From contig CAWCNS010000005.1 of NCBI GenBank assembly GCA_963796965.1, positions 160,001 to 224,000 on the forward strand: a stretch of DNA of 64,000 nt, given 5' to 3'. Below, in pieces: positions 11,734 through 22,806 of the stretch. Origin of the DNA: Calditrichia bacterium. GTDB lineage: Bacteria > Calditrichota > Calditrichia > JAJRVZ01. Numbering within the stretch: the stretch's first letter is position 1; each line of letters opens with the position of its first letter. Below the pieces are notes generated by a model. It was not told the origin of the DNA. It ran no database searches and saw nothing but the letters and a program-made list of their open reading frames with translations. The position numbers were made by a program, and so were the translations under genes.

Positions 11734-12121
11734 AACTTTCTTCTCTCATATTTTCTAAATTGACATCACGCCAGTAAGATCTTTCTGTAGAATTAAAACG
11801 CATATCCAAGAATTTTTTGCCGGTTAAACGTGCGATAAATCCAATAGGAGTGAAAATAAAATAAAATAAGATCGATAGAATAATTCTAGTCATTACCCAG
11901 CCAACACCAAAACCAATGTAAAGGAATATAATATAAACAGGTTTCATTATTACGGGAAATATCAGACGAATTAATATTAGTATTAGTGATGAAGCACTAA
12001 AATACTTATATAGATCATTATCTAGATAGAATTGTATTGATGCGATACCAAAAAATATTATACTTAATCCAACAGTAAATTTTTTTATTTCTTTAACATC
12101 ATTAAATTTTGATTTATCCAT
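11717..12121 (-). CDS. SxtJ-family membrane protein
   Basis: TM helices, FTPIGFIARLTGKKFL and SYW...YEEQF end; follows the carbamoyltransferase. Confidence 0.85.
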   Translation of the reverse strand: MDKSKFNDVKEIKKFTVGLSIIFFGIASIQFYLDNDLYKYFSASSLILILIRLIFPVIMKPVYIIFLYIGFGVGWVMTRIILSILFYFIFTPIGFIARLTGKKFLDMRFNSTERSYWRDVNLENMREESYEEQF

Positions 12122-12130
12122 TTCATTCTC

Positions 12131-13952
12131 CTAATCCAGTTCGAACTCTTCTCTCCAGTCAATTTCATCCATAAAATCTGGCTGTTTTTCTTTATTAATT
12201 AAATAATTTCCTAAAACTAAGTAGTCCATTTCCGTTCTCATAAAGCACTTATAAGCGTCTATCGGAGTACAGACAATCGGCTCTCCTCTTACATTAAAAG
12301 ATGTATTTATTATGACAGGACATCCTGTAATTTCATGAAATACCTTTATCAAATTCCAAAAGGTTGGATTGGTTCCTCTATGAATGGTTTGTAGTCTGGC
12401 GGAGTAATCGACATGGGTAACAGCAGGAATATTCGATCTAACGACATTTAGTTTATTTATACCAAATAATGATTTTTCATTCTTCTGTCATTTCTCTTCT
12501 TATACTTTCTTTGACATCCGCAACTAAAAGCATATAGGGACTATATTTTTCGAAATCAAAATAGTTGTTTACCTCCTCTGCCAAAACAGCAGGTGCGAAA
12601 GGTCTGAAAGATTCTCTATATTTAATTTTTAGATTCATTTTTTTCTGCATGGAAGGAGACCGGGCATCTCCTAAAATACTTCGTGAACCAAGCGCTCTTG
12701 GGCCAAATTCCATCCTTCCCTGAAACCATCCAATTATGTTTTCTTCAGCAAGTAATTTTGAAATCTTTGAAGATAGTTCGTCTGGAGACAATTTAGTATA
12801 GGGGATATTATGATTCTCAACAAATTCTAATATCTCATCATTATCATATTCAGGACCAAGATAAGATCCATTTTGAAGATCATTTATATTGTCAAATCTA
12901 CGTGCATTTCCTAAATAATCATACCAAATGCATAATGCTGCTCCTAGAGCACCACCCGCATCTCCAGCCGCCGGTTGAATCCAAATATCTTTAAATATAC
13001 CTTCTCTTAATAACTTCCCATTAGCGACGCAATTTAAAGCAACGCCGCCAGCTAGGCATAGGTTCTCGGCATTAGTAATACTTTTAGTGTAGGATGCAAT
13101 TTTTAACATTGCCAGTTCTGTGACCTCTTGTGCAGAACGGGCAATGTCCATTTCTCTTTGGGTTAACTCCGTTTCTTTTTTTCTCGACGGGCCACCGAAT
13201 AATTTATCAAACTCTCTGTTTGTCATGGTTAATCCGGCGGCAAAATTAAAATATTTCATATTTAATTTAAAAGAACCGTCTTCCTTAAGATCAATCAGAT
13301 TATCCAATATAGTCTGGACATATTTTGGCTCGCCATAGGGAGCAAGACCCATTAATTTATATTCACCTGAATTTACTTTAAATCCGGTGTAATAAGTAAA
13401 AGCTGAGTACAACATACCTAGGGAATGTGGAAAATGAATCTCTTTTAGTATCTTGAAATTATTGTTTTTTCCTAAACCAATGCTTGTCGTTGTCCATTCC
13501 CCAACACCATCTGTGGTTATAATAGCTGCTTCTTCAAATGGTGATGGAAAAAAAGCGGAAGCCGCATGAGATTGATGGTGAGCAGGGAATAGAATTTTTC
13601 CTTCAAAGCCATTTAATTCATCTTGAATGATGCTTTTTATCCAAATCTTTTGTTTAATCCAAATTGGAATTGCTTTAATAAATGATTTATAACCTCGGGG
13701 TGCATATTGGAGATATGTTTCTAATATCCGTTCGAATTTTAAAAATGGCTTGTCATAAAAGCTTATATAGGTAATATCTTTAGGTTCAATATTACATTCT
13801 TTCAGACAGTATTGAATTGCCCGGTGAGGAAAACTCTGATCGTGTTTTTTTCGTGTAAATCTTTCCTCTTGAGCAGCTGCTACAATTTCCCCATCCTTGA
13901 TGATGGCAGCAGCACTGTCATGGTAAAATGCTGAAATACCAAGTATTATCAT
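12131..13952 (-). CDS. O-carbamoyltransferase (NodU/CmcH/SxtI family); frameshift near 12480
   Basis: ISAFYHDSAAA, EERFTRKKHD, HHQSHAASAF, DGVGE, GEYKLMGLAPYG, GPRALGSRS, FRPFAP and INTSFNVRGEPIV. Confidence 0.95.
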
Positions 13953-14199
13953 CTATATTCTCCAATCATTTATAATTTTAGTAAGAAAAATTGCTCGATC
14001 AATTAGTAAACTGACACGATAATTGATTCGAATATTATTAATATTCAGGTCTTAACAATCTCCAATGATTTTATGATTCTGTATATTCATGTTATTTGAT
14101 AGCAAGCAATGTGATAGAACGCACTAAAAAATGATATGAATATTATTCTCCTAATAAATTTTTAACGAGTAGGTCCTACAAATATATATAAAATAAAAT

Positions 14200-14216
14200 C
14201 GGCACATTATTTGCTT
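14200..14216 (+). promoter_or_regulatory. Putative sigma-54 (-24/-12) promoter
   Basis: CGGCACATTATTTGCT has exact GG-N10-GC spacing and matches YGGCAC-N5-TTGCW. It lies ~220 bp upstream of the lyase gene. Confidence 0.5.
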
Positions 14217-14420
14217 ATAAGATAATTATAAAATTTAATGCTCTGACAATTTACAATGAGACCCGAATGTATTGAATGTGCTTAATGATTACTTTAAGAT
14301 GAGGTGTGCAAATAGTTTACAAAATGGTTGAATTTAAAATCTTTGGATTATATACTAAAGATAGACATGAAATGAAAAAATTAAATTGTTTGGGCGTTTA
14401 AACTCATCAAGGATAGTTTC

Positions 14421-15803
14421 TTGCACAGGAGAATTTTATATATGTTTACATTATTTAACAAAAATTGGATAAAGGTAATAATATGGTTAAATCTAATATT
14501 CTCTACTTATACATTTGCACAAATAAAAGCATTTCCAGGAGCCGAAGGATTTGGACAATTTTCAGTCGGCGGGCGCGGCGGTAAAATAATCGAGGTCACA
14601 AATCTAAATGATTCAGGTGCGGGTAGTTTTAGAGAAGCATGTCAATTTTCTGGTCCACGCATTATTATATTCCGGGTTGGGGGAGCGATAAAAATATTAA
14701 AAGATATTAAAATTAAAAATCCATTTATTACAATTGCTGCACAAACAGCACCTGGAGATGGTGTTTACATCCGCGGGGCTTCAATTCGAATTTTGACCCA
14801 CGATGTCATAATTAGAGGATTACGCCTAAGAGTTGGCGATGAAACAGATGGGCCAGCTTATGATAATCGTGATGGATTCGGTATGCAGCATCCGGATATT
14901 CCACCGTATAATATAATTATTGATCATTGTTCGGTTAGTTGGGCCCTTGATGAAAACTTTGCAACATGGAGAGCTGTTAATAATATTACTATCCAATGGT
15001 GCATCATTAGTGAAGGGCTATTTAATAGTCCGAATCCTGAGAAACCCCATAGTATGGGATTCTTAGTAAATGAAGGCGCAGATCAAATTTCTATTCACCA
15101 TAATTTATTCGCTCATAATATGGGCCGAAATCCCCGTCTGAGTTTTAATAAGAATATTGAAGTAATTAATAATTTAGTATATAACTGGATGTATTATGGA
15201 CTTGATGTTGAAGGCTCGATTGTTAATATTATTGGCAACTATTATAAACCTGGAAAAGACTCAGGTGAGAGGAAGGGAATCACGGTTAGAGATAATCCAG
15301 GCAATCTAGTATTTATCAAAGATAATATTGGTCCTGGTCAGCTTGCAGGGCCTGATGATGATTGGTCTGTTGTCAAAGGGTCCGAGGAATATCACGCTGA
15401 TTTCCCGGTTGCTGCCCAATCAAATATTACTATTGATCCATCTAATATGGTTTATAATTTAGTTTTGAATAATGTTGGAGCGATAGTGCCCGCGCTCGAT
15501 CCTGTTGATAAACGAATTGTAGAATCGGTTATAAATAGCACTGGTTCTATGATCGATTCACAATATGAAGTTGGTGGTTGGCCAGAATTTCGATCGGGAC
15601 TACCACCTCGGGATTCTGATCATGATGGGATGCCAGATAATTGGGAGACAGATCATGGACTCGACCCTAACGATCCAAACGATGGAAATATAATTCAAGA
15701 TCAATTTGGCTATACAAATGTTGAACGTTATATCAATGATTTATTCCCCAACCTGTTTCGGGAAGGCCCTGTTTATCCATCAAATATAAAAATTAAGAAT
15801 TAG
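14421..15803 (+). CDS. Secreted pectate lyase-like (PL1) beta-helix protein
   Basis: Signal peptide, AFPGAEGFG...GGRGG, VTNLNDSGAGSFREA, IIDHCSVSWALDE, RNPR and C-terminal DSDHDGMPDNWE. Confidence 0.88.
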   Translation: MHRRILYMFTLFNKNWIKVIIWLNLIFSTYTFAQIKAFPGAEGFGQFSVGGRGGKIIEVTNLNDSGAGSFREACQFSGPRIIIFRVGGAIKILKDIKIKNPFITIAAQTAPGDGVYIRGASIRILTHDVIIRGLRLRVGDETDGPAYDNRDGFGMQHPDIPPYNIIIDHCSVSWALDENFATWRAVNNITIQWCIISEGLFNSPNPEKPHSMGFLVNEGADQISIHHNLFAHNMGRNPRLSFNKNIEVINNLVYNWMYYGLDVEGSIVNIIGNYYKPGKDSGERKGITVRDNPGNLVFIKDNIGPGQLAGPDDDWSVVKGSEEYHADFPVAAQSNITIDPSNMVYNLVLNNVGAIVPALDPVDKRIVESVINSTGSMIDSQYEVGGWPEFRSGLPPRDSDHDGMPDNWETDHGLDPNDPNDGNIIQDQFGYTNVERYINDLFPNLFREGPVYPSNIKIKN

Positions 15804-15933
15804 CTGCAATTAGTTTGGCTTGAAAGAATCTATTAAATATTTGCCGTTCCTTAAATTGCAAAAATTTGTTTTAATTGAAATCCTTCTGCTGATCCCTTGC
15901 TTATTCAATATTTAGTGTAGTACTTCTATTACT

Positions 15934-17357
15934 TTAATTTTTTATATTTGAAAAGTAGTTGTCCTTATTTAGTTTAGAAATTATCCAACGACGTTTTGCG
16001 GTTGTATCATCATAAATAGATTCATGAATTTCAACTTCAATATTTAATCTGTCACCAAGACATTTTCTTAGGTTTGACTCCAGCACATTCTTGTCTATTC
16101 CTCTGGTTTCTACGTTTTTTGTGATCTTTACTATAACCCAATCGATATCTTCCTGGATAATTTGAGATTCTTTTAAATTATCAATTCCATGGAATGCACC
16201 CATTATACCGTTTCCTGGTATAATTCTACCATCAGGAGTCAAGATTGTATCAGCAATCCTGCCTTCGATGGATCTAAGCAAGGGCATATTTCTCCCGCAT
16301 CTGCATTTCGAAGGACTCATCTTTGCGATATCACCAGTTTGATATCGTATTAAAGGCATGGCAAAATTGTTTAATCCTGTCCCCAAAATTGCACCAATAT
16401 CATTTGTCTCACTATTTGTTTCATTATTTACTAATTCGAATACACCATATTCTGGATTGATATGCAATCCCTGATGTTCCTGGCATTCAGTTGCTGCTAC
16501 TACTCTTTCTGCCTGACCATACAAATCAAATACTTTTGATGCAAAGCTCTCTCAATTTCCTGCTTGTGGATGGCATATAAGGGTTCTGAAGATGTGAAAA
16601 TTGCTTTTACTGGAAGTACTTTCCCGGTCGCTAAGAGATATTTGGCTAATATAAGTAAGGTTGATGGAAATGCTTCCATAAAATCCGGATTAAATTCTTC
16701 TAATTTTTCAAGATATAGAGGTAGTGTTTCATTCGACATATGGAAGTAGGAGAACAATAGCTGATTGTCGGATCTGTTATATCTCCAATAAGGAGGGTGT
16801 TTAATCGATGAATGAACAATAAGGTTATCCCAAATAGTACCCCAAATGGCAACCTTTCTACTATTTTCATTAATCCCGGCTATTCTCCTTTGCCGCCATA
16901 TCATAGCATTCTCAAATACTATCGATTTTTTATCACGATAGGCATTAATAGGTGTCCCCGTTGTCCCGGTCGTCCAGCCGGGTGCTAAAAACTTTTTATT
17001 AATGTTTCTGGCAATAAATTCTTGTGGTTGCGCTCTTAAAGTTTCCTTCGTTAAAATAGGTATTTTTTCTAAATCATTGGTGGATTTAATATCTGCGGGC
17101 TTTATATTGTGTTCATTAAATAATTTTTCATAATATGGAACATTCTCATAAGCATGCTGAATCAGTTGTTTAAGTTTCCTATATTGATATTCTTCATATT
17201 CATCTTTTGAATACCATTGCGTTTTCTCAAGTTCTTCCAATTCTTGATAAAACTGATTGCTAAATTTAATGCGCTTTACGGCATATCCCTTAACTGTAAA
17301 GAAAAGATTTTGAGTATGATAGGCCATTTTTGAATACAATTTTGAACTTAACATCAT
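15934..17357 (-). CDS. Phenylacetate-CoA ligase-family / CapK-like adenylating enzyme; frameshift near 16535
   Basis: AYENVPYY, LEKIPILTK, TTGTTGTP, YGQAE, MPLIRYQTGD and CRCGR...IEGR. Confidence 0.88.
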
Positions 17358-17378
17358 AATTTTTATTCCTGCCTGTAA

Positions 17379-18590
17379 TTATTTGAAATAAATTGGAGCA
17401 ATTCGCTTTGTAATCATTTCGGGGATTAAACCATTATTAAATAGTTGTATGGCAACCCTTGATACTCTATTTTTAATAGATCTTTTTTGCATCATCTTTT
17501 GAATTGTCTGAAAATTATTAATAGAATATTTTTCTGCGATTTCCGAGGGGATTTTATTTAGTCTGATAGATTCCTGAACAAGGTTTATGATTTGTTTTTT
17601 AAATTTTTTCCTAAAATATTGCTCAATAAAATTATGATCAACACCGGTTATCTCGATCTTGTTGCCCAGAACACCCCCATAGTTAGCTGTGAAAAATGGA
17701 ATTGAAATAATATTCCTTTTAGCTAGTATTTCTTCTGCTTCTCTGGTGATTGCAATATTTGCCCCTGGGACTATAATCCGAGCCTGAATGCTATTAACAT
17801 TTTCTTCATTTATTGTATATGGTCCACCACACTGGGATAAAATATCCACATTAAGTGTCAATAATTCTTTGATAGGTAATTCTTCTGCTTCTTTATATCT
17901 TTTCACGAGATCATCACCGTGCAACTTTTTAAGTTCCATCAGCTTATCAATTATTAATCCGTTTTTATTGTAAATGGCCCCTTTTTCAGTGGAGATTGCC
18001 ACGAGCTTAGCGTCATATCTTTTGGCCATCAACAAAGCATATGAGCTGCCGACAGATCCAAAACCTTCAATGGCAACTGTTTTCTTTGCTAGTTTAAGAT
18101 TTATTACATCCGATGCAGCTTCAGTTGCGACTAAGACCGAGAGTGCTGTAAAGAAGCCAGAATTATGCCCGCTATTGCGCCTACGTCTTGGGATATTCAA
18201 GTTAAGATTTCTTAACATATCATTAATCATGCTCTGCGTCGTACCTATGTCCGGGCCTGTTATATAATAATTGGTTTCAAGAAGCGGCTTAATCAATTGT
18301 CCAAACCGAATTAATAATTCTTTTTTTATACTTGATTCGGTATTTAAATCTGCTACAATGCCGGCCTTTGCTCCACCCTGTGCAGTCTGAGTAAATCCGT
18401 ATTTTAGCGTCATACCACGGGCAAGTCCTTTCAATTCATCAATATTCATTTTTGAATGCATTCTCAGGCCACCACAAGAACGATTGTTTACTGTTCTATC
18501 AATAACAACATATCCGAGAAGACCTACGGACTTATCTTCAACAATACAAATAAAATCAGGATTAAGGTGATTTGTATTATCTGTTGACAT
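17379..18590 (-). CDS. Glu/Leu/Phe/Val dehydrogenase-family protein
   Basis: GGLRM, LARGMTLKY, GGAKAGI, GPDIGT, IEGFGSVG (Rossmann), GANI and ANYGGV. Confidence 0.88.
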   Translation of the reverse strand: MSTDNTNHLNPDFICIVEDKSVGLLGYVVIDRTVNNRSCGGLRMHSKMNIDELKGLARGMTLKYGFTQTAQGGAKAGIVADLNTESSIKKELLIRFGQLIKPLLETNYYITGPDIGTTQSMINDMLRNLNLNIPRRRRNSGHNSGFFTALSVLVATEAASDVINLKLAKKTVAIEGFGSVGSSYALLMAKRYDAKLVAISTEKGAIYNKNGLIIDKLMELKKLHGDDLVKRYKEAEELPIKELLTLNVDILSQCGGPYTINEENVNSIQARIIVPGANIAITREAEEILAKRNIISIPFFTANYGGVLGNKIEITGVDHNFIEQYFRKKFKKQIINLVQESIRLNKIPSEIAEKYSINNFQTIQKMMQKRSIKNRVSRVAIQLFNNGLIPEMITKRIAPIYFK

Positions 18591-18655
18591 AATATTAATG
18601 CTCCTTCCAACTATTTGCGATTTTAGAATAAGATTAGTAGCCCCTAAACTCGGGA

Positions 18656-19712
18656 TTAACTATTCAGGATAGATGAATATTTAATATCGTAATCTTTAAC
18701 AATTTGGCTAATCTCAAATTTTTTTTCAGCTATTTCCCTGCCTTTTTCTCCCATCTTTCTTCTCATGTTTTCATTTTGTGCTAATAACTTAATTTTCCTG
18801 GAAAATTGTTCTACATCTCCTGGTGGAATTAAAAATCCGTTCTCATTATCCTCAATAATCTCTGAGATACATCCTATGGGGGATGAAACTGCAGGAATTC
18901 CATAACTAATCGCTTCAAGTATGGACATCGGTAGTCCTTCACCCTTGGATGGTAAAAAATAAATGTCGGCTTGTCTTAATTCTTTTTCTCTGGATTTTTC
19001 GTCAATCCAACCCAGGAATCGTACTTCATTAGTGTATGCCAAAGTCTTTTGCTATATCCCGATATTTGCCAATATCACCATTGCCACCAATCCTAAACTG
19101 TATGTTATTTCCAACAAGAATTTGGGCAACTTTAAGAAGATCCTCAGTTCCTTTCCTCTCACCTAGTTCACCCAATGTTAGCACTGTGATGATCTGCTTT
19201 GGGCTGATTCTGGGTGTGGAAATTGAGGGTAGAAGTACAGGATTATAACTAAAGCGCACAGGCGTGACGGTCCATTTCTGCAAATCATGTGCTAATGTAT
19301 CACAAAGCGTAAAGATTAAATCGTATAAGTCAAAAAGTTTTATTATAGTTCTTCGTTTTAAAGTGGATATTTTTTCTAAATGATTATCGATGCAGGGGGA
19401 ATGCATATGATAGACCACTTTTTTTTTGAACAGTTTACCTATAATTAAAAAATATCCTTTTCTTAGGAAACTCATTCTCATGCTACCATGTATGTCAACA
19501 AGATCTATCCTTTGTGTGAATAAAATAAATGGATATAAAAAATAGGATTGAATGATATACCATGATTTTATCACTGCATTTCCATCCCTGTGAGATGAGA
19601 GATGATATAGCTTGTATTTTTTATTTAATTCGGAGGAAAATAATAGTTTTAAGACAGAAGATATACCACCACGTGTGCTTAAGCTAGTACTAATAACTAA
19701 AATATTTTTCAT
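18656..19712 (-). CDS. Glycosyltransferase family 4; frameshift near 19035
   Basis: RGGISSV, LGELGERKG, FLGWI and EGLPMSILEA (E-x7-E). Confidence 0.9.
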
Positions 19713-20829
19713 ATTTATTCCTATATTTTGAATACCTTAAATGCTGGGAAAGTGAATACATAAATTCTTTTTTAGTTTTATAAGGTCCACATATGGTTTG
19801 TATACCATTTAACTGATAATTACTGTTCGCTTCAATAATCAACGGGCCATTAGCTGTTACAGCCACATCCCATCCGATCGAATTAAGTCCGGGGAAAAGA
19901 ATTGCTGATTCTACAACTAATTTCTTAAGATGATCCCAGTTTGGAATTTTATGCGATTCAAAAACAAAGTTGGTGTCGGGATGTGATTCATATTGTTGAA
20001 GGTAATCATCATATCCGTATTTTTTAAATTTTCCGGTTTCCAACTCAATTTCTACTGCTAACCCTCCTGCACTAACATTGTCTATTTCTTTGCCTCCTCG
20101 TCCCATCCTCAAATATGCAGCACCATTTATAACTTCACCATTTATACTGCGAAGCGTGTCAATCCTCACCGTATTTACAGAATGTGGATATATCTTAGAT
20201 TGAGCCGGATGTTGTATTACCATTTCCTCAAACAAAAGTTCTTTAAATTTAAGGCTTTTTATATATTCAATTATCTCGTCCAAAGCAAATTTTTCTCCGT
20301 CAATTGAATAAATGTTGTTATAAGCTTCTATAATTTTAATAATTTTTACCCCATTTCCATGACCTTGCCCGCAAATTGGCTTAACTACAAAATTATTTGA
20401 AATCGAAGGTAAAAAAATCTCTAGGTCTCCTATAAAATGATTACGATCGTTATAACAACCAATATTTTTTAAGTATCGGCCATGAATATTGGTAGCAGAG
20501 AGACCACCCCATTTTAGAATTAGATTAGTTATAAATTTATTGTCGACAATATTTGTGGATTTCTTATCGTTAAGCACGTCATCCCTAAATTTATCGAAGA
20601 GATTTCCGGGAATATAATTCACTATCTCTCTGACATCTTTATTTATTTGGAATCCTTCGTATTTAAAATAATTATGAGGCCAATATTTTATCTTAGAACT
20701 AAGCCAGAGTGATTCATAAATACATATCAGAATGTTTTTTCTATCTTTGCGTTGCAACGCGGGTTTTAGATACTCTCTATAGAAATTTATCAGAAGTGAG
20801 ATGTTTAATTGTCTAAATAATATAGACAT
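19690..20829 (-). CDS. Sugar-transfer-associated ATP-grasp protein (alpha-L-glutamate ligase-related)
   Basis: DNKF, VVKP..G.GHG.GV, QHP...SVNTVRI, LRMGRGG..DN...GG and IGWDVAVT..GP.IIEAN. Confidence 0.85.
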   Translation of the reverse strand: MSILFRQLNISLLINFYREYLKPALQRKDRKNILICIYESLWLSSKIKYWPHNYFKYEGFQINKDVREIVNYIPGNLFDKFRDDVLNDKKSTNIVDNKFITNLILKWGGLSATNIHGRYLKNIGCYNDRNHFIGDLEIFLPSISNNFVVKPICGQGHGNGVKIIKIIEAYNNIYSIDGEKFALDEIIEYIKSLKFKELLFEEMVIQHPAQSKIYPHSVNTVRIDTLRSINGEVINGAAYLRMGRGGKEIDNVSAGGLAVEIELETGKFKKYGYDDYLQQYESHPDTNFVFESHKIPNWDHLKKLVVESAILFPGLNSIGWDVAVTANGPLIIEANSNYQLNGIQTICGPYKTKKEFMYSLSQHLRYSKYRNKYEKYFSY

Positions 20830-20908
20830 ATTTTTATCCTTTTATCACAATAAATTAATCATGAAACTAATAGGTGTGATCAAGCATTTTAGCGAGAATT
20901 TAGAAGTA

Positions 20909-21634
20909 TCAGGTTGCTGTGGCAATTTTGTAACGCAGAGTTTTATAAAACCAGATGGCGACCAGGAAAAATAAAAAGGCAAAGTTGCTTTCTTTGATTT
21001 CAACGATTGGGGCCGAGTATTCGATGCTTGTCATTTCCTCCAATAATTTTGAAACGAAATAATTAACGATAAAAAATAAACCGATACTCAGTGGAACTAT
21101 TGGCAAATTCATTTTATTCAATTTCTCGGCAATTCTATGATTAAATAGAAAAATCATTGGCACTAATATACAATAGCTAAACCAGAATATTGAGAATAAA
21201 CGGTCCACGTTTAATAGGTTTGTAATCATTTTACTTTTCTCATCCATATTATCTCTATTAAAGATTGAAAGATTATGAATGTTGATTTCATTTTGTACAT
21301 TGACATCTGCAATCATCTCTGGCGTTTGTATACCAAGGATCCGTTGCCCCCAACTTATTTCTTCACCAAAAGTGATGAAAAACAATATAGAAAATAAAAG
21401 GAGGAAGAAGTTTTTTTTTGTCTTTAAAAAACTAAAATCATTACTCGTATTGTCGTTTTTATATGAAATAAATAATACTATCGACGCAGCCAGAAAGTAA
21501 AGTGCACCTGCTGATTCAATTATTCCGTCCTCCTTTGTTATAATGTGAAGTATATCAGTTGGCAGAAGCATTAGCGCATAAATACAAATCAAATAAATGA
21601 CAATCATGAAGATATAAACTTTCTTTTTCATCAT
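20909..21634 (-). CDS. Multi-pass membrane protein with EDGxxE / GEEISWGQR / QNEINIHN motifs
   Basis: About 6 TM segments. These motifs recur in uncharacterised polysaccharide-locus membrane proteins. Confidence 0.7.
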   Translation of the reverse strand: MMKKKVYIFMIVIYLICIYALMLLPTDILHIITKEDGIIESAGALYFLAASIVLFISYKNDNTSNDFSFLKTKKNFFLLLFSILFFITFGEEISWGQRILGIQTPEMIADVNVQNEINIHNLSIFNRDNMDEKSKMITNLLNVDRLFSIFWFSYCILVPMIFLFNHRIAEKLNKMNLPIVPLSIGLFFIVNYFVSKLLEEMTSIEYSAPIVEIKESNFAFLFFLVAIWFYKTLRYKIATAT

Positions 21635-22728
21635 GATCTTGATATTTCCAATTTATTGTATAATTGTAGGTATGATTTGGTCATTAAGTCCATACTAAAT
21701 TCCGATTTAATTCTTTCCGCTCCAGCATCACCCATGGATTTGGCAACTTCTGGATTGTCGAGAAGATAACAAATTTTTTCTACCATTCCGGACACATCTC
21801 CACGATAAATTAGAAATCCTGTTTTATTTTGAACTACAAGTTCATTGGTGCCTCCGCCATCCGTTGCTACAACAGGCTTTCCTAAAGCCATATACTCGAT
21901 TATCGCATTGGAAATACCTTCTGTAATAGTGCTTAATACACCAATGTCTAAAATATTGATTATCGATTCCACATCGTCCTGTTCACCAAGAAATATTATA
22001 TGTTCGAGAAAGGGGAAAGTAACCAGGCGTTCTATGTCCTTTCTTAGGGGCCCGTCTCCTACTAAGATAAATGTAACATCTTTTCTAATTGCCAATATTT
22101 CCTGAGCACATAAGATGAAACTTTTATGATCCTTCTGATCGGTAAACCTCGCAATCATCCCAACTATATTCTTGGTGTTTATATTAAATCTCGAATGCAA
22201 TATTTCTGGCTTTTTGAGATTATCAAGCCTTGGGAAAGCAAAACCGTTATGAATGAAACTACTTTTTTTATTAGGTACTTCATAGGATTTTAAACCTGCT
22301 TCGGAATTTGCATTGATATGCTGGGAAAATAGAGTTACAATTTTTGATTTTATCCACAGTGATGTAAAATATCTTATTTTTAGAGGTGCATCCGCAATAA
22401 CATCACTCAACAGAACAATTCTAAGCAAGTATGCTATTGGGATCGCATAGATAGAACACATAAAATGCCAACTATGAATAATATCAGGCCTGAAATTTTT
22501 ACAAATCCTGTACAAGTGAATAAATACAGAAAAATCTTTTTTTACTTTTCTCTCAATATAATGAATCGGAAAAGTCAAGTTCTGAATATCCTGATAAAAG
22601 ATTTTTTTAGACAATATAATCACTTCACAATTGATGTCTGTATTTTGATGAATAGTTTTAATAAGTTCAAAAAATCGTCTTTCTCTTCCACCTGAATTTA
22701 GGCTATCAATAAAATAAATAATATTCAT
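21631..22728 (-). CDS. Glycosyltransferase family 4
   Basis: SGGRER, IHNG, ARFTDQKD and EGISNAIIEYMALGKPVVAT. Confidence 0.93.
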   Translation of the reverse strand: MNIIYFIDSLNSGGRERRFFELIKTIHQNTDINCEVIILSKKIFYQDIQNLTFPIHYIERKVKKDFSVFIHLYRICKNFRPDIIHSWHFMCSIYAIPIAYLLRIVLLSDVIADAPLKIRYFTSLWIKSKIVTLFSQHINANSEAGLKSYEVPNKKSSFIHNGFAFPRLDNLKKPEILHSRFNINTKNIVGMIARFTDQKDHKSFILCAQEILAIRKDVTFILVGDGPLRKDIERLVTFPFLEHIIFLGEQDDVESIINILDIGVLSTITEGISNAIIEYMALGKPVVATDGGGTNELVVQNKTGFLIYRGDVSGMVEKICYLLDNPEVAKSMGDAGAERIKSEFSMDLMTKSYLQLYNKLEISRS

Positions 22729-22806
22729 TTGATTAAGTAAGAGATTATTCCCGGCTTTAATAAAAGGAGGATAATCTCGATATTTTTTTATTATGAATTT
22801 ATATAG

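Noticed and set aside
10377..13952. Saxitoxin biosynthesis cluster
   Set aside because: Only sxtI/J/K-like genes are present. There are no sxtA/G/B-like core genes, and the context is a Wzx/Wzy glycan locus.
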